IMG/VR virus record: IMGVR_UViG_3300027413_000002
Strand: one strand, 5' to 3'
DNA from: a virus
DNA: 64,000 bases
Positions 1-8,789 of the stretch are shown here, piece after piece. Position 1 is the first letter of the stretch. Each line of letters opens with the position of its first letter. Below the pieces are notes generated by a model that was given only the letters and a program-made list of their open reading frames with translations, had not been told where the DNA came from and did no database searches. The translations under genes and the position numbers were made by a program.

Positions 1-1
1 T

Positions 2-283
2 CTACCCCCCATCAATGTTGGTACTGGTATCAATACAGGTGATTGCATTGTTGGTAATATGGGCAGTGAGTCACGTTTCGACTATTCTGTCATTGGAGAC
101 GCAGTTAATCTCGCAGCCAGACTCGAAGCAACAGCTGCAAGAGGAGACTATCTTGATTACAAGACCATCTACTCAAGCAACACAATGGAGCAACTTAAAA
201 CTACCGCATCGAGATCAATAGGTAAGATTAAGGTGAAAGGTAAAGAAGAAGAAATAGAAATCTACACACCTGAGTATAAATAG
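2..283 (+). CDS. class III adenylate/guanylate cyclase, C-terminal part (gene starts before window)
   Basis: Open frame from base 2: LPPINVGTGINTGDCIVGNMGSESRFDYSVIGDAVNLAARLE...IKVKGK, classic class III cyclase catalytic motifs. Confidence 0.9.
   Translation, partial: LPPINVGTGINTGDCIVGNMGSESRFDYSVIGDAVNLAARLEATAARGDYLDYKTIYSSNTMEQLKTTASRSIGKIKVKGKEEEIEIYTPEYK
275..282 (+). promoter_or_regulatory. T4-type late promoter TATAAATA
   Basis: Exact TATAAATA, 5 nt before ATG at 288. Confidence 0.75.
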
Positions 284-287
284 AGGT

Positions 288-1346
288 ATGGCGAAGTTTA
301 ACCGAGGAGATGTCTCGGAAGGAATATTGGCTGCAGCAATCACTGCTAGATTCCTATCGAAGACAAAGAGAATCAATGACACCGATGTCACATCTGTGAT
401 ACGGAAACTTGCGCGTCCAGCAAATATGGGTTCGAAGGGTCTGACCTCTACATCTTACTTCACCTCCGCGAACGAAAATCCAAAGATTAACGATGAAGTC
501 TGTTGTGTCATTAACTTGGCAGAGATCAATATGCAGGCTTTGACCGACCTCAAGATCTACCAACAGAAAGAAATAAGAGATATTGTAACAGCCAGTGCTG
601 CATTTGCAAACGGAATGTATGTAATGCAGTGGGCAGACTTAATGTATACCAACAACCAGAAAAACAAGATCGAAGTCTTATCTGAAGGGTTGATGGATCA
701 AACTGGAACAAAGGTAGATCTCAAGATACGAATAGACGACAAACCTTGTTCTATTGGTATCTCTCTGAAATATGGAGACGTGAAGCAATTCGGTCAGGTT
801 GGTGGCTCTAGTTTTAAGAGTATGAAGAGTTTGTTCGAACCTCTTGGTGTAAAATTCAGCACAGATTTCGAGAACAAGTATACCGACAAAATATCTAAAA
901 GAGAGATAGCTGACGGTCTAACAATGGCGTATTCCGAAGCAGTGACACAAATGAACAAAAAGCAACAAAAGGTTCTGTTGAAATCTCTGGCTGACTTTAT
1001 GAAATATCATGCCACGCTGAATGAAGATGAGGTTGCCCTTGTCCAGCTGAATCGATCTGAAGCAGGTGTATACGATTTTGGTAAACTAGAACAAAAGCTG
1101 ATGGGTCAAGAAGTCGAACTAGAACTGACTGACGGTATAACTGAGAAATTGGCTGGATATGCTGGGAGCAATAAGATCCCGAAGATAAATTTCCGAATCA
1201 AAAGAAACAATGAAATCCTGTTCACCATCAGATTGAAACTTGAAGGTAACAGGATAAATTCAAAGGGCAAGAGATTACCGCTTGTCGTCAGAAACTACAT
1301 TGAAAAAGGCAAGGCAACAACCCAGTTGTTGATGGAAACAAGTTAA
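288..1346 (+). CDS. putative PD-(D/E)xK restriction-endonuclease-fold protein
   Basis: 352 aa; N-terminal GDVSEG helix and TKVDL...ISLK motif typical of PD-(D/E)xK-like phage proteins. Confidence 0.5.
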   Translation: MAKFNRGDVSEGILAAAITARFLSKTKRINDTDVTSVIRKLARPANMGSKGLTSTSYFTSANENPKINDEVCCVINLAEINMQALTDLKIYQQKEIRDIVTASAAFANGMYVMQWADLMYTNNQKNKIEVLSEGLMDQTGTKVDLKIRIDDKPCSIGISLKYGDVKQFGQVGGSSFKSMKSLFEPLGVKFSTDFENKYTDKISKREIADGLTMAYSEAVTQMNKKQQKVLLKSLADFMKYHATLNEDEVALVQLNRSEAGVYDFGKLEQKLMGQEVELELTDGITEKLAGYAGSNKIPKINFRIKRNNEILFTIRLKLEGNRINSKGKRLPLVVRNYIEKGKATTQLLMETS

Positions 1347-1717
1347 TTTCGAGTAAACTTCTGTTTCTCTCGCTTCATCCTAGCAAGTAACATCTTTCGC
1401 TGAGAATACCATTGATTCTTAGAACCATACTCGCATCGTAACCACAAGATCTTTCGATTTACTAGGAATGTTGGTAGGTGAAATGCATTGCCCCAATGTA
1501 AAGCAATGTATGGGACTCGGTATGAACGATATCCACTAATGAGTCCAAATGAAATGAATGGCAACTTAATGCCTCTGAATCTTGAAACGCGATAGAAAGA
1601 GTTTACATACCATCCCTGCTCTATCCAATTCTTACGCACAATGTGACATGGGTGAAACTCGTTGAAGTCTCCTCCCTTGGGATAATGTGTGCTTTTGAAG
1701 TAGTAATGTTTCTCCAT
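1343..1717 (-). CDS. hypothetical protein
   Basis: ORF; start moved to MEKHYY (1717) because upstream extension runs through a hairpin. Confidence 0.55.
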   Translation of the reverse strand: MEKHYYFKSTHYPKGGDFNEFHPCHIVRKNWIEQGWYVNSFYRVSRFRGIKLPFISFGLISGYRSYRVPYIALHWGNAFHLPTFLVNRKILWLRCEYGSKNQWYSQRKMLLARMKREKQKFTRN

Positions 1718-1724
1718 AGAAGTT

Positions 1725-1742
1725 GGGGAGCCGAAGCCCCCC
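1725..1742 (-). terminator. GC-rich cUUCGg hairpin, probable terminator/stabiliser
   Basis: Minus strand GGGGGGC-TTCG-GCTCCCC just after the 1752 stop; U-tract weak. Confidence 0.55.
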
Positions 1743-1751
1743 TTCCCCAAA

Positions 1752-2021
1752 TTACTGCGCTAGAGCAGCATAACCAGCAGCGATAACTGCTTTGGTTGGT
1801 TGACCCAAACGATAGAAGTCAGACTTCGCTCGTCCACGTGAACCTTTGCGACCTTCGTTCAGATGGATCGCATATCCCTTACGACGAAGCGCATATACCA
1901 CATTGTGTGGGTTAGCAACACCGAAACGTGAAGAGATCTGTGAAGCGGTAAGAGTATCACCGCTCATGAATGTCGCTAGAGCGCGATCTTGTGCAGTTGT
2001 AGTTTTCATAGTTTTCTCCAT
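1752..2021 (-). CDS. small winged-helix (HTH) DNA-binding protein
   Basis: LTASQISSRFGVANPHNVVYALRRKGYAI...YRLG pattern; GGAG RBS. Confidence 0.65.
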   Translation of the reverse strand: MEKTMKTTTAQDRALATFMSGDTLTASQISSRFGVANPHNVVYALRRKGYAIHLNEGRKGSRGRAKSDFYRLGQPTKAVIAAGYAALAQ

Positions 2022-2095
2022 AATAAAAATTTAAACAACATTTAGGTTTTAACGTCTTCCGACGATCAGCCACCTCGGCTAATTCAGTATGGTTC

Positions 2096-2524
2096 TTATT
2101 CTGCTGCTTCCTCGATCTCTATCTCATTCCAGATAAAGACCTCAAGGTCATCAGGTTCGAACCCAAATTCTTCAAGGATGGAACTTGTGAAGTCATCACC
2201 CTCTTCATATTTCTCTTGGATGGTTTCTTCGTTTTCATGGTCACCGTAGAACTCAATATCCTCAGAGACACCATCCCAACAATCACCCAATTCCCATTCG
2301 TCAAAACAAGGCTCGAATGCCTCACCATCTTTCTGTTCAAGAGAATCCTTTAAATCCTGAACCTCTTCTTCGTTTTGCGGTGTGACGAATATAGAACCAC
2401 CGCGCCATAGAGTGCGGACTCCAATAAACTTATTGGTGTCATAGTTTCGAAATGATTCTAACTCCTCGAAAGACTTCTTCCACTTTGGTGATACTTGATA
2501 GCGTGTTCCAATTTTAATGTCCAC
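2096..2524 (-). CDS. hypothetical acidic protein
   Basis: 142 aa ORF overlapping upstream gene end. Confidence 0.7.
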   Translation of the reverse strand: MDIKIGTRYQVSPKWKKSFEELESFRNYDTNKFIGVRTLWRGGSIFVTPQNEEEVQDLKDSLEQKDGEAFEPCFDEWELGDCWDGVSEDIEFYGDHENEETIQEKYEEGDDFTSSILEEFGFEPDDLEVFIWNEIEIEEAAE

Positions 2525-2819
2525 TTATATACTCCAATAGTCCAATAGCCAAAATTACGCTGATAACAGCATTCAAAATAATGAGAGCACGGTCGTGCCA
2601 AGCGATGGCAACATATGTCCACCCAGCAGTACCAACAATACTGAAAATTAAATCCATGAAGTGAAATCCTGCTGATCGACAAACGACCGCACTGATGATC
2701 ATCGTAGTAGCAAACCACTTAACATACCAATCCAATGTATGTTTTGGAGTAGCAGACTTGAATATTCTGTTCGAGTTTTCTAACTCTTCTTTGGTTACAC
2801 TAGGGTCTACTTTAGACAT
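2514..2819 (-). CDS. small multi-pass membrane protein
   Basis: Three hydrophobic segments after LDWYVKW. Confidence 0.7.
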   Translation of the reverse strand: MSKVDPSVTKEELENSNRIFKSATPKHTLDWYVKWFATTMIISAVVCRSAGFHFMDLIFSIVGTAGWTYVAIAWHDRALIILNAVISVILAIGLLEYISGH

Positions 2820-3252
2820 TTAACAGTGCCTCTTTCATAATCTCTTCTTCACGAGCGTATGCATCGATCTCCCAAGGTTGATCGTTATACGGTGTATTCG
2901 TGAAGGTCTCACCTTCCCAGATGACGACATTAACTAAGGTCTGAGCGTCACCAGTCTGCAGCAGTTGCAATCCGACATTTTCTAGGCGACCAGTAATAAT
3001 CTGTTGAGCGTGAATAAGTTCGTGAGCAATGTTCCGCATAATATCTTCTTCTGGGAGTGCCTCTCCCTGAACGTGGGTCGCAATCTCAACATCGATCTCA
3101 TCAGTGTCGCCATAACAATACCCACCAGCGTCACCATCACACTTCTTCTTGAATTCAATAGTAACTTCGGTAAGGGAATCTTGTATGCCCAAAACAGACC
3201 CACAAGCGTGGATATAATCGGAATAATTCGTTTCGTCAGTGGTATAAATCAT
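2812..3252 (-). CDS. putative HExxH zinc metallopeptidase
   Basis: IAHELIHAQQ ... PWEIDAY. Confidence 0.7.
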   Translation of the reverse strand: MIYTTDETNYSDYIHACGSVLGIQDSLTEVTIEFKKKCDGDAGGYCYGDTDEIDVEIATHVQGEALPEEDIMRNIAHELIHAQQIITGRLENVGLQLLQTGDAQTLVNVVIWEGETFTNTPYNDQPWEIDAYAREEEIMKEALLNV

Positions 3253-3279
3253 AACAATCTCTCTCTCAACTACACAACC

Positions 3280-3307
3280 ATTATACTACAACAGATGGAG
3301 AAGTCAA
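3280..3307 (-). promoter_or_regulatory. sigma70-type early promoter (16-bp spacer)
   Basis: TTGACT-N16-TATAAT followed by GAGAGAGA RBS. Confidence 0.8.
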
Positions 3308-3314
3308 GCACTAA

Positions 3315-3899
3315 TTACAAATAAATCCAATTAATTTCTGGGTACATATCAATGACTTTCATGCGTTGTTCTTCCCACTCAGCTAATCTATACCCATCAT
3401 CGTCCATAAGGTGCTGGTTGTGTAGGTGAACAAAGTCTCCCATGCCTGCGAGATATATCGTCTTGAATCCTTTCTCGGCAGCATCCCACATCGCCATAGT
3501 ACCTGACGCCATGGGGAATGGAAGACTCTCGAACGACACATTAGATACCTCGTCTTTTGCATCGAGATAAGTATACACGCACTGTTCGCCTTCACCGCTG
3601 ATCACACAACCATTGTTCGTATACTCATTGACATCTGGATTTGCATAAGCATCCAATCCTAGCATGCTCACAGCTATCTCGCTGGGGATGTGTTTCCAAT
3701 CGAGGAATAAACAGTTTCCCTTGTAGTTCCGATAGATGCCATGTTGTGCCAGAGGGTCAGTCGAGACAATCCACTCAAACGGGATACTCTCCTTATATGC
3801 TAGATTACACCCATATATGGATGACTTTCCAATAAATACGGATAAATCTAGTTGTTCTCTAGATGCCCCATTTCCTAAAATTAAAGCCGAATCAAACAT
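3315..3899 (-). CDS. putative glycosyltransferase-like / Rossmann-like protein
   Basis: ALILGNGASR, IYGCN, SG..A, IYLAGM motifs seen in MAF/DUF115- and GT29-like folds. Confidence 0.45.
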   Translation of the reverse strand: MFDSALILGNGASREQLDLSVFIGKSSIYGCNLAYKESIPFEWIVSTDPLAQHGIYRNYKGNCLFLDWKHIPSEIAVSMLGLDAYANPDVNEYTNNGCVISGEGEQCVYTYLDAKDEVSNVSFESLPFPMASGTMAMWDAAEKGFKTIYLAGMGDFVHLHNQHLMDDDGYRLAEWEEQRMKVIDMYPEINWIYL

Positions 3900-3915
3900 A
3901 TAATATCCTAATCCT

Positions 3916-3923
3916 TATAAATA
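3916..3923 (+). promoter_or_regulatory. T4-type late promoter TATAAATA
   Basis: Exact motif upstream of + strand ORF 3949 with GGAGA RBS. Confidence 0.75.
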
Positions 3924-3948
3924 TAATTATACACTGGAGACCCCATCA

Positions 3949-4413
3949 ATGCCAAGTTACATACAAAAAAGAACACCGCTCACTGCAGTCACTGCAGACC
4001 ATACTATGGTCATATCAGGTGAAGCTACCTCAGAAGAAGCATGGGAGGCGATCAAACTCAAGTTTCCAACATTCAGTGGTGCACGACACTCCGAAGAACA
4101 TGTCAAGTATTCAAGACAATTCCTTGAAACAATCGCTATAAACAATCAACGCATAGACAACGACGAAGCAGAGATCTTTAACAAAGTTGCAGAGATTGGT
4201 ATCTGGTTATATATTGAAAACTGCATTCACGACGAAGTTACTCGGATAGTTTCTTGGGACATCGTTGAGTATTTCAGAGATCAAACTGCTTTAACTACTG
4301 CTGAAACTTGGTTGAAATCATCAAACGTGTTCAACAATCACGCAGAAAGAGCAAACCCCTCGATATACACTGCTGTAGATTTCCACAGACCATACAGAGA
4401 GCCAGAAGGCTAA
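3949..4413 (+). CDS. hypothetical late protein
   Basis: 154 aa ORF with late promoter and RBS. Confidence 0.7.
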   Translation: MPSYIQKRTPLTAVTADHTMVISGEATSEEAWEAIKLKFPTFSGARHSEEHVKYSRQFLETIAINNQRIDNDEAEIFNKVAEIGIWLYIENCIHDEVTRIVSWDIVEYFRDQTALTTAETWLKSSNVFNNHAERANPSIYTAVDFHRPYREPEG

Positions 4414-4631
4414 CTTGATATCTGGCTCATACTCTTTGTAGTGTAACCCTGATCAGCACAGAAGTAATCCAACCACTGGACTGCAGCATCGAAGTCTGGG
4501 TCTTCTAATTCTTCACCAGTCTCTCTCTGTGCTGTGTTCAAGATACCATATATATCGACATCTTCTGCCATGTCCTGTTGCAGAACCACGGTCTCTGCAA
4601 ATCCGCATACTCTATCAAATCGATTGTTCAT
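4410..4631 (-). CDS. hypothetical protein
   Basis: Start at MNNRF with GAGG RBS. Confidence 0.55.
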   Translation of the reverse strand: MNNRFDRVCGFAETVVLQQDMAEDVDIYGILNTAQRETGEELEDPDFDAAVQWLDYFCADQGYTTKSMSQISS

Positions 4632-4638
4632 AAAAACC

Positions 4639-4824
4639 TCAACTATTGTAAATACCAAATGTAAGAATTGCATCTCCATACTTATGTAGGGAGGATTGAA
4701 AGTCCTCATCGCGCATATAGTATGAAGTGACAACCTCTTCTGTTGACTTGCCAGTCTGGCTGTCTATCACATAATGCTCGATGAACCACTTAAAATTGTT
4801 CTTGGGGTCAGGAAACGGTTTCAT
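4639..4824 (-). CDS. hypothetical protein
   Basis: 61 aa, ATGA-coupled to upstream gene. Confidence 0.55.
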   Translation of the reverse strand: MKPFPDPKNNFKWFIEHYVIDSQTGKSTEEVVTSYYMRDEDFQSSLHKYGDAILTFGIYNS

Positions 4825-5321
4825 ATCAGACGCTCACCGTGTGTCGTGATTTCGGTCATAGAAAGAGAAGCACCCAAACGAGGATCCTTATTCTTACTAC
4901 CATTCAACATACGGTCATATGCTCGCTTCAGCTTCGGTGTCAGGAGTTTCAATACATCCTCACCAGACAGCTTCCACAACTCGACCACCTTACCACCCTC
5001 ATACCGAGCATGATAATGATTCTTGTATTTGGCGATCTTCTGGTTGCGCAGGTAGTTTAACTGCTTGCGCCAAGTCGGTTGAACCGAGATCGCATTGTAT
5101 GTCGCGTTGATACGAGGAGCAATGGTAGACTTGTATTCACAACCACCGTCTTCATCGTAACCATCCGCGCCAGACAGAGTATCGCTCACCTTGTGACCGA
5201 GTAACCCAGCCATATGAATCTCCTTGGAACGAGCATAGGAGAAGGGATCGCCCCAACCATTCTCTTCACAAAGGTCAAACATCTCTTCATACAGCTTACG
5301 GAATTTTGCTTCATTAGTCAT
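4821..5321 (-). CDS. putative PD-(D/E)xK nuclease
   Basis: RSKE...GADGYDEDGGCEYKS, D-x(n)-ExK active-site pattern; start MTNEAKF after promoter and RBS. Confidence 0.55.
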   Translation of the reverse strand: MTNEAKFRKLYEEMFDLCEENGWGDPFSYARSKEIHMAGLLGHKVSDTLSGADGYDEDGGCEYKSTIAPRINATYNAISVQPTWRKQLNYLRNQKIAKYKNHYHARYEGGKVVELWKLSGEDVLKLLTPKLKRAYDRMLNGSKNKDPRLGASLSMTEITTHGERLI

Positions 5322-5350
5322 ATCTATTTCCTCTCTCAGAATATACAACC

Positions 5351-5378
5351 ATTGTACTACATCGAGCACAAAAGTCAA
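5351..5378 (-). promoter_or_regulatory. sigma70-type early promoter (16-bp spacer)
   Basis: TTGACT-N16-TACAAT. Confidence 0.75.
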
Positions 5379-5381
5379 GCG

Positions 5382-5810
5382 TTAAATGATGCCCTCGTCA
5401 AATACTCTCTGGGCATAGATCTCTTGAAGTTTGAATGCCTCTTTCTCCCATGGCATCCTCTCGTATGCAGTACCGTATCCATAGACGGTCTGTTTCCAGC
5501 GTATCTTTCGAGCACATGCCTTGCGATCAAAGAAGTCCACCATCTCTTTCTTAACAAACTGCTTCACGTGAATCAACTCGTGACAGATTGTCTTAACGAA
5601 CTCCTGCATCTTCAGTCGACTGTCCACCTTCACAACAAACAGACGATCTTCTAACTCATTACAAGAACCATCTAAGCCATCCAGCTTCTCTAGCTGTAAC
5701 ATCACATCGACCTTTCGATACTCAGGTAGAGTCTGTTTCAACATAAAAGAAGCGACAGCAGAAGCCATCTCTCTTTGCCATGCCTTACCACCAGTAACAG
5801 ATACCATCAT
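5382..5810 (-). CDS. putative HExxH zinc metallopeptidase (paralog of 2812-3252)
   Basis: ICHELIHVKQ ... PWEKEAF. Confidence 0.7.
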   Translation of the reverse strand: MMVSVTGGKAWQREMASAVASFMLKQTLPEYRKVDVMLQLEKLDGLDGSCNELEDRLFVVKVDSRLKMQEFVKTICHELIHVKQFVKKEMVDFFDRKACARKIRWKQTVYGYGTAYERMPWEKEAFKLQEIYAQRVFDEGII

Positions 5811-6535
5811 GCTTCTATCCTTCTTTTGAATAATTGAGATACTTTCCGATTCCAGACATCACCATTATGAGAACCATCTCTGCTGGTGAAATCAAACTCG
5901 GGAAGATCGCTCTGTCGGAGTAGAATAAGTTCTTTCTCTCTACACGCTTCTTCTATCTGGACAACACATTTCTGTTCGATCTCTTGATTCTTTTCATCGT
6001 CAAAGAGATCCAACTCAGGATACTCTTTAAAGAGAAGCTGGATTCTTTCCCAGTGATTCTCTTCCAAATGTCCTGCAATAACATCTTTGTACATGAGAGT
6101 AGCAAGCTGCTTTAGATTCCAGTTCTGAATGTGCGTGTACGTCTCTGTCTGAGGATTGTAGATCTCTCGTCTGGCACTCTCGGGGAGAATGATGAAGACT
6201 GTCTTGGCAGGTAGAAGTGGAATCCACGCTGTCACCAGTCTCGCCACGGTTTGTGGACTGCAACCAGATACACCAAAGTTTGCTGCATTGAGTAGAAATG
6301 GCCAAGTCAAATGATTCTCCAACTCATAGCCAAATGTATGTGAGCAACCGAACGCAACTCGTTCAGCTTTTGCGTGGATAATCTCTCCCTCGCGAAATCC
6401 ATAGCTGTCACAGTTATAGACTATGTGACGATGTTGATTCCCTTGCAACTGCAGCATTGCCGAGACCATCGGATTTAATGTCCTCAAACACACATCCGTG
6501 TTCTGCATATAACCATGGGCATAACGCTCCATCAT
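5807..6535 (-). CDS. SGNH/GDSL-like protein (paralog 1)
   Basis: YGFRE, FGCSHTFG, NFGVSGCS, SRDGSH. Confidence 0.6.
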   Translation of the reverse strand: MMERYAHGYMQNTDVCLRTLNPMVSAMLQLQGNQHRHIVYNCDSYGFREGEIIHAKAERVAFGCSHTFGYELENHLTWPFLLNAANFGVSGCSPQTVARLVTAWIPLLPAKTVFIILPESARREIYNPQTETYTHIQNWNLKQLATLMYKDVIAGHLEENHWERIQLLFKEYPELDLFDDEKNQEIEQKCVVQIEEACREKELILLRQSDLPEFDFTSRDGSHNGDVWNRKVSQLFKRRIEA

Positions 6536-6852
6536 CGTCCAATGTCCTTAATGCTAGACTTGCCAATTACCTGATACGCACCCTTATTATACGCAGGAGC
6601 AACGGTAAAGTTCTTACTCTCCTCCACTTTCCACGAAGTGTCTGCACTCGCAGAACTGCCGATGCCCATTCCCCCAGAGGGATACTTAGAGCGATGCGAC
6701 TCCGCTTCAGCACGACGAGCGATCTCGTCCTCCGACAATCGCATCGGTTTAAACTCTTTCTTACTCGCACGAACAGCAGGAGCAGTCTTGGCGCGAACCT
6801 TGCGCTTGCGTCCGTGCATGTCGTATCGCAAAGATCCAGAGTAATTCATCAT
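6532..6852 (-). CDS. conserved basic T4-like phage protein
   Basis: C-terminal APAYNKGAYQVI motif recurrent in T4-like phages. Confidence 0.65.
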   Translation of the reverse strand: MMNYSGSLRYDMHGRKRKVRAKTAPAVRASKKEFKPMRLSEDEIARRAEAESHRSKYPSGGMGIGSSASADTSWKVEESKNFTVAPAYNKGAYQVIGKSSIKDIGR

Positions 6853-7226
6853 GCCGCGACTCCCATCGAAGCCAACTCACAGAAGCCAGCAGGCTCAACC
6901 ATGAAGAACTTTCCCTCACGCTCGATGATGTCACCAACACTCAGTGAATGTAGGTCACGCAATTTGTAGTACGAACCATCAGGGCGATATCCCTCGATCC
7001 AACCAAACTCAGAGACGCGCTCCTCATCTTCTGGAGACCAGCGATTCATAATGTGAAAGCAATCTTCTAAATCAGTGGTATCAACAACACACACCTTAGA
7101 GAAATACTCAGTGAAGTAAGAATAATCCCAAGACTGCGAACCGAAGCAGGTAATCTCTCGATAAGCATTCATCATCTCGGGGGAAGGAGTCTCTCGGTCG
7201 AGTTTAAACTGATATACAGTAATCAT
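6849..7226 (-). CDS. YodL-like domain protein
   Basis: VYQ...LED.F...HSLSVGDII...GF. Confidence 0.55.
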   Translation of the reverse strand: MITVYQFKLDRETPSPEMMNAYREITCFGSQSWDYSYFTEYFSKVCVVDTTDLEDCFHIMNRWSPEDEERVSEFGWIEGYRPDGSYYKLRDLHSLSVGDIIEREGKFFMVEPAGFCELASMGVAA

Positions 7227-7366
7227 TACACAGCACCTCGAACCATATCAGACACTGGCTTATGATCAGTCAGATCCCAGAGATACTGGGGAAGTAGTGA
7301 ATAAGACTTCAGTGGAGCAATCCACGACACGCCATCAGTGAAACGAACATAGTATAAAGGATTCAT
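7226..7366 (-). CDS. small hypothetical protein (46 aa, MNPLYYVRF...)
   Basis: First ORF after early promoter with GAGAGAGA RBS; TAATG-coupled to next gene. Confidence 0.65.
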   Translation of the reverse strand: MNPLYYVRFTDGVSWIAPLKSYSLLPQYLWDLTDHKPVSDMVRGAV

Positions 7367-7398
7367 ATTTCTCTCTCTCAACTCTTTAATGTACAGCT

Positions 7399-7426
7399 AT
7401 TATAGCACATTGGAGATAAATGTCAA
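7399..7426 (-). promoter_or_regulatory. sigma70-type early promoter (16-bp spacer)
   Basis: TTGACA-N16-TATAAT with A-tract upstream. Confidence 0.85.
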
Positions 7427-7463
7427 CAACTATTTTTGTATAACGACACACTCTCTTAGACAA

Positions 7464-7634
7464 TTAAGTAATGCACGATGTCAGGAGTGCAGAACATACG
7501 AGGATACAGACGAGATAGGTGGGGTCGAATATCACAAAGAATAGATTCCACATACCACTAAACAGTGCGAAGACACACCACAGCCCGAGCAGATACCCAC
7601 TCATTATCATCGTTATAGTAAGGAATTCTAGCAT
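7464..7634 (-). CDS. small hydrophobic membrane protein (56 aa, MLEFLTITM...)
   Basis: Entirely hydrophobic ORF, GAGGAG upstream. Confidence 0.4.
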   Translation of the reverse strand: MLEFLTITMIMSGYLLGLWCVFALFSGMWNLFFVIFDPTYLVCILVCSALLTSCIT

Positions 7635-7804
7635 CGGACTCTCGCCCTCCTCGTATTCTCGCGAAAAAAATTTCTAGGACGAATCTCCATAAGTCCGTGG
7701 TATATACCCTTGTAAGAGACGCCATATACTCGAGCCTCTCAAGTTCTGGACGCTTGTGTGGGGTGGGGGGAGGAGGAAAGGAAACTCGAACTCCCCCCGA
7801 GAAG

Positions 7805-8002
7805 CTAGACGGTCTCGACGATACGACCCTTGTCGATCCAGACCAGCTCCTCAAACTTCTCGTCAAACGTATAGCCACCCATCTGGAACCCAGTCTCGTG
7901 CAGCTCCGTCTTGACGAACTTCACAGCTTCCTTGGCAGTCTCGAACGAGTACCACTCCTTGGCAGCTGCACCATAATTACTTAAACGAACTTCATATGTC
8001 AT
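7805..8002 (-). CDS. hypothetical protein
   Basis: 65 aa with AGGAG RBS. Confidence 0.7.
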   Translation of the reverse strand: MTYEVRLSNYGAAAKEWYSFETAKEAVKFVKTELHETGFQMGGYTFDEKFEELVWIDKGRIVETV

Positions 8003-8014
8003 CAGTCTCTCTCC

Positions 8015-8329
8015 TTAGTACTGGTTGGCTTCAGCGTGGTGGATAGCGTCAGAGGCAGGAGCATCCGCATAGTAGGTCTCTTCCCACTTGTCAGCAGTAG
8101 GAGCAGCACGTTCCTCTTGCTCACGAACCTCTTCAGCATATGCTTCCATCTGCTCATTCTCCGAGCGATATTCCTCAATGTACTTCTCGATGGGAGCAGG
8201 TACGACATAATCATCAGACAGTCGCAGTTTGTTATTGGCAGGGTCAGCGTCAACGAATACGATCTCATCAACACGCAACCAATGCGACTCATTAGTCAGT
8301 CGAACGTAGTCACCTTCAAATATAATCAT
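8015..8329 (-). CDS. hypothetical protein
   Basis: 104 aa, coupled to upstream small ORF. Confidence 0.7.
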   Translation of the reverse strand: MIIFEGDYVRLTNESHWLRVDEIVFVDADPANNKLRLSDDYVVPAPIEKYIEEYRSENEQMEAYAEEVREQEERAAPTADKWEETYYADAPASDAIHHAEANQY

Positions 8330-8472
8330 TACACAGTCTCCTTATAATCAACCCAAGTCTCACTCATAAAGGTGCGACCCATAGACATTCTCCAAGAAAG
8401 AGCAGCAGGAGCACTCTCGAAAGTCATAGCATTTACAGCTTCATCATTAGACATATATCGGATAACGTACAT
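8329..8472 (-). CDS. small hypothetical protein (47 aa, MYVIRYMS...)
   Basis: First ORF after promoter and GAGAGAGA RBS. Confidence 0.6.
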   Translation of the reverse strand: MYVIRYMSNDEAVNAMTFESAPAALSWRMSMGRTFMSETWVDYKETV

Positions 8473-8506
8473 ATTTTTCTCTCTCTCTTCTCGATTCAAT
8501 ACAACC

Positions 8507-8534
8507 ATTATACTACAGAGAGGATTAAAGTCAA
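8507..8534 (-). promoter_or_regulatory. sigma70-type early promoter (16-bp spacer)
   Basis: TTGACT-N16-TATAAT. Confidence 0.8.
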
Positions 8535-8591
8535 CACTTTTTTTGCTCTAAACCAATCTTTTTTTGTCTCTCTCTTTAGGGACGACACCCT

Positions 8592-8620
8592 ATTATACAG
8601 GTGCTGGCAGAGGAAGTCAA
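8592..8620 (-). promoter_or_regulatory. tandem sigma70-type promoter (17-bp spacer)
   Basis: TTGACT-N17-TATAAT. Confidence 0.7.
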
Positions 8621-8686
8621 GCATTGATGCCGACTGCGGCACTATAGTTTTGGCGGGAGGTGGAGGTTTGTGTCTGCAGTTAGTCC

Positions 8687-8715
8687 TTGACACGGGAGGG
8701 ATAATGTGCTATACT
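8687..8715 (+). promoter_or_regulatory. divergent sigma70-type promoter with extended -10
   Basis: TTGACA-N17-TATACT preceded by TGn. Confidence 0.7.
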
Positions 8716-8785
8716 AGAGAGAACGGCTCTCTCGCGGATGTTCTCGAGGCGAGGGGGACTCTCCACGGGCATTTTCCCGCAAATT
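8716..8785 (+). ncRNA. candidate small structured RNA
   Basis: Downstream of + strand promoter; GCGG/CCGC and ATGTTC/GGGCAT stems enclosing two short hairpins. Confidence 0.35.
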
Positions 8786-8789
8786 AGGA

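Noticed and set aside
7558-7984. ORFs 7558-7878 (-) and 7697-7984 (+)
   Set aside because: They run through G/C homopolymer tracts and overlap a better-supported gene.
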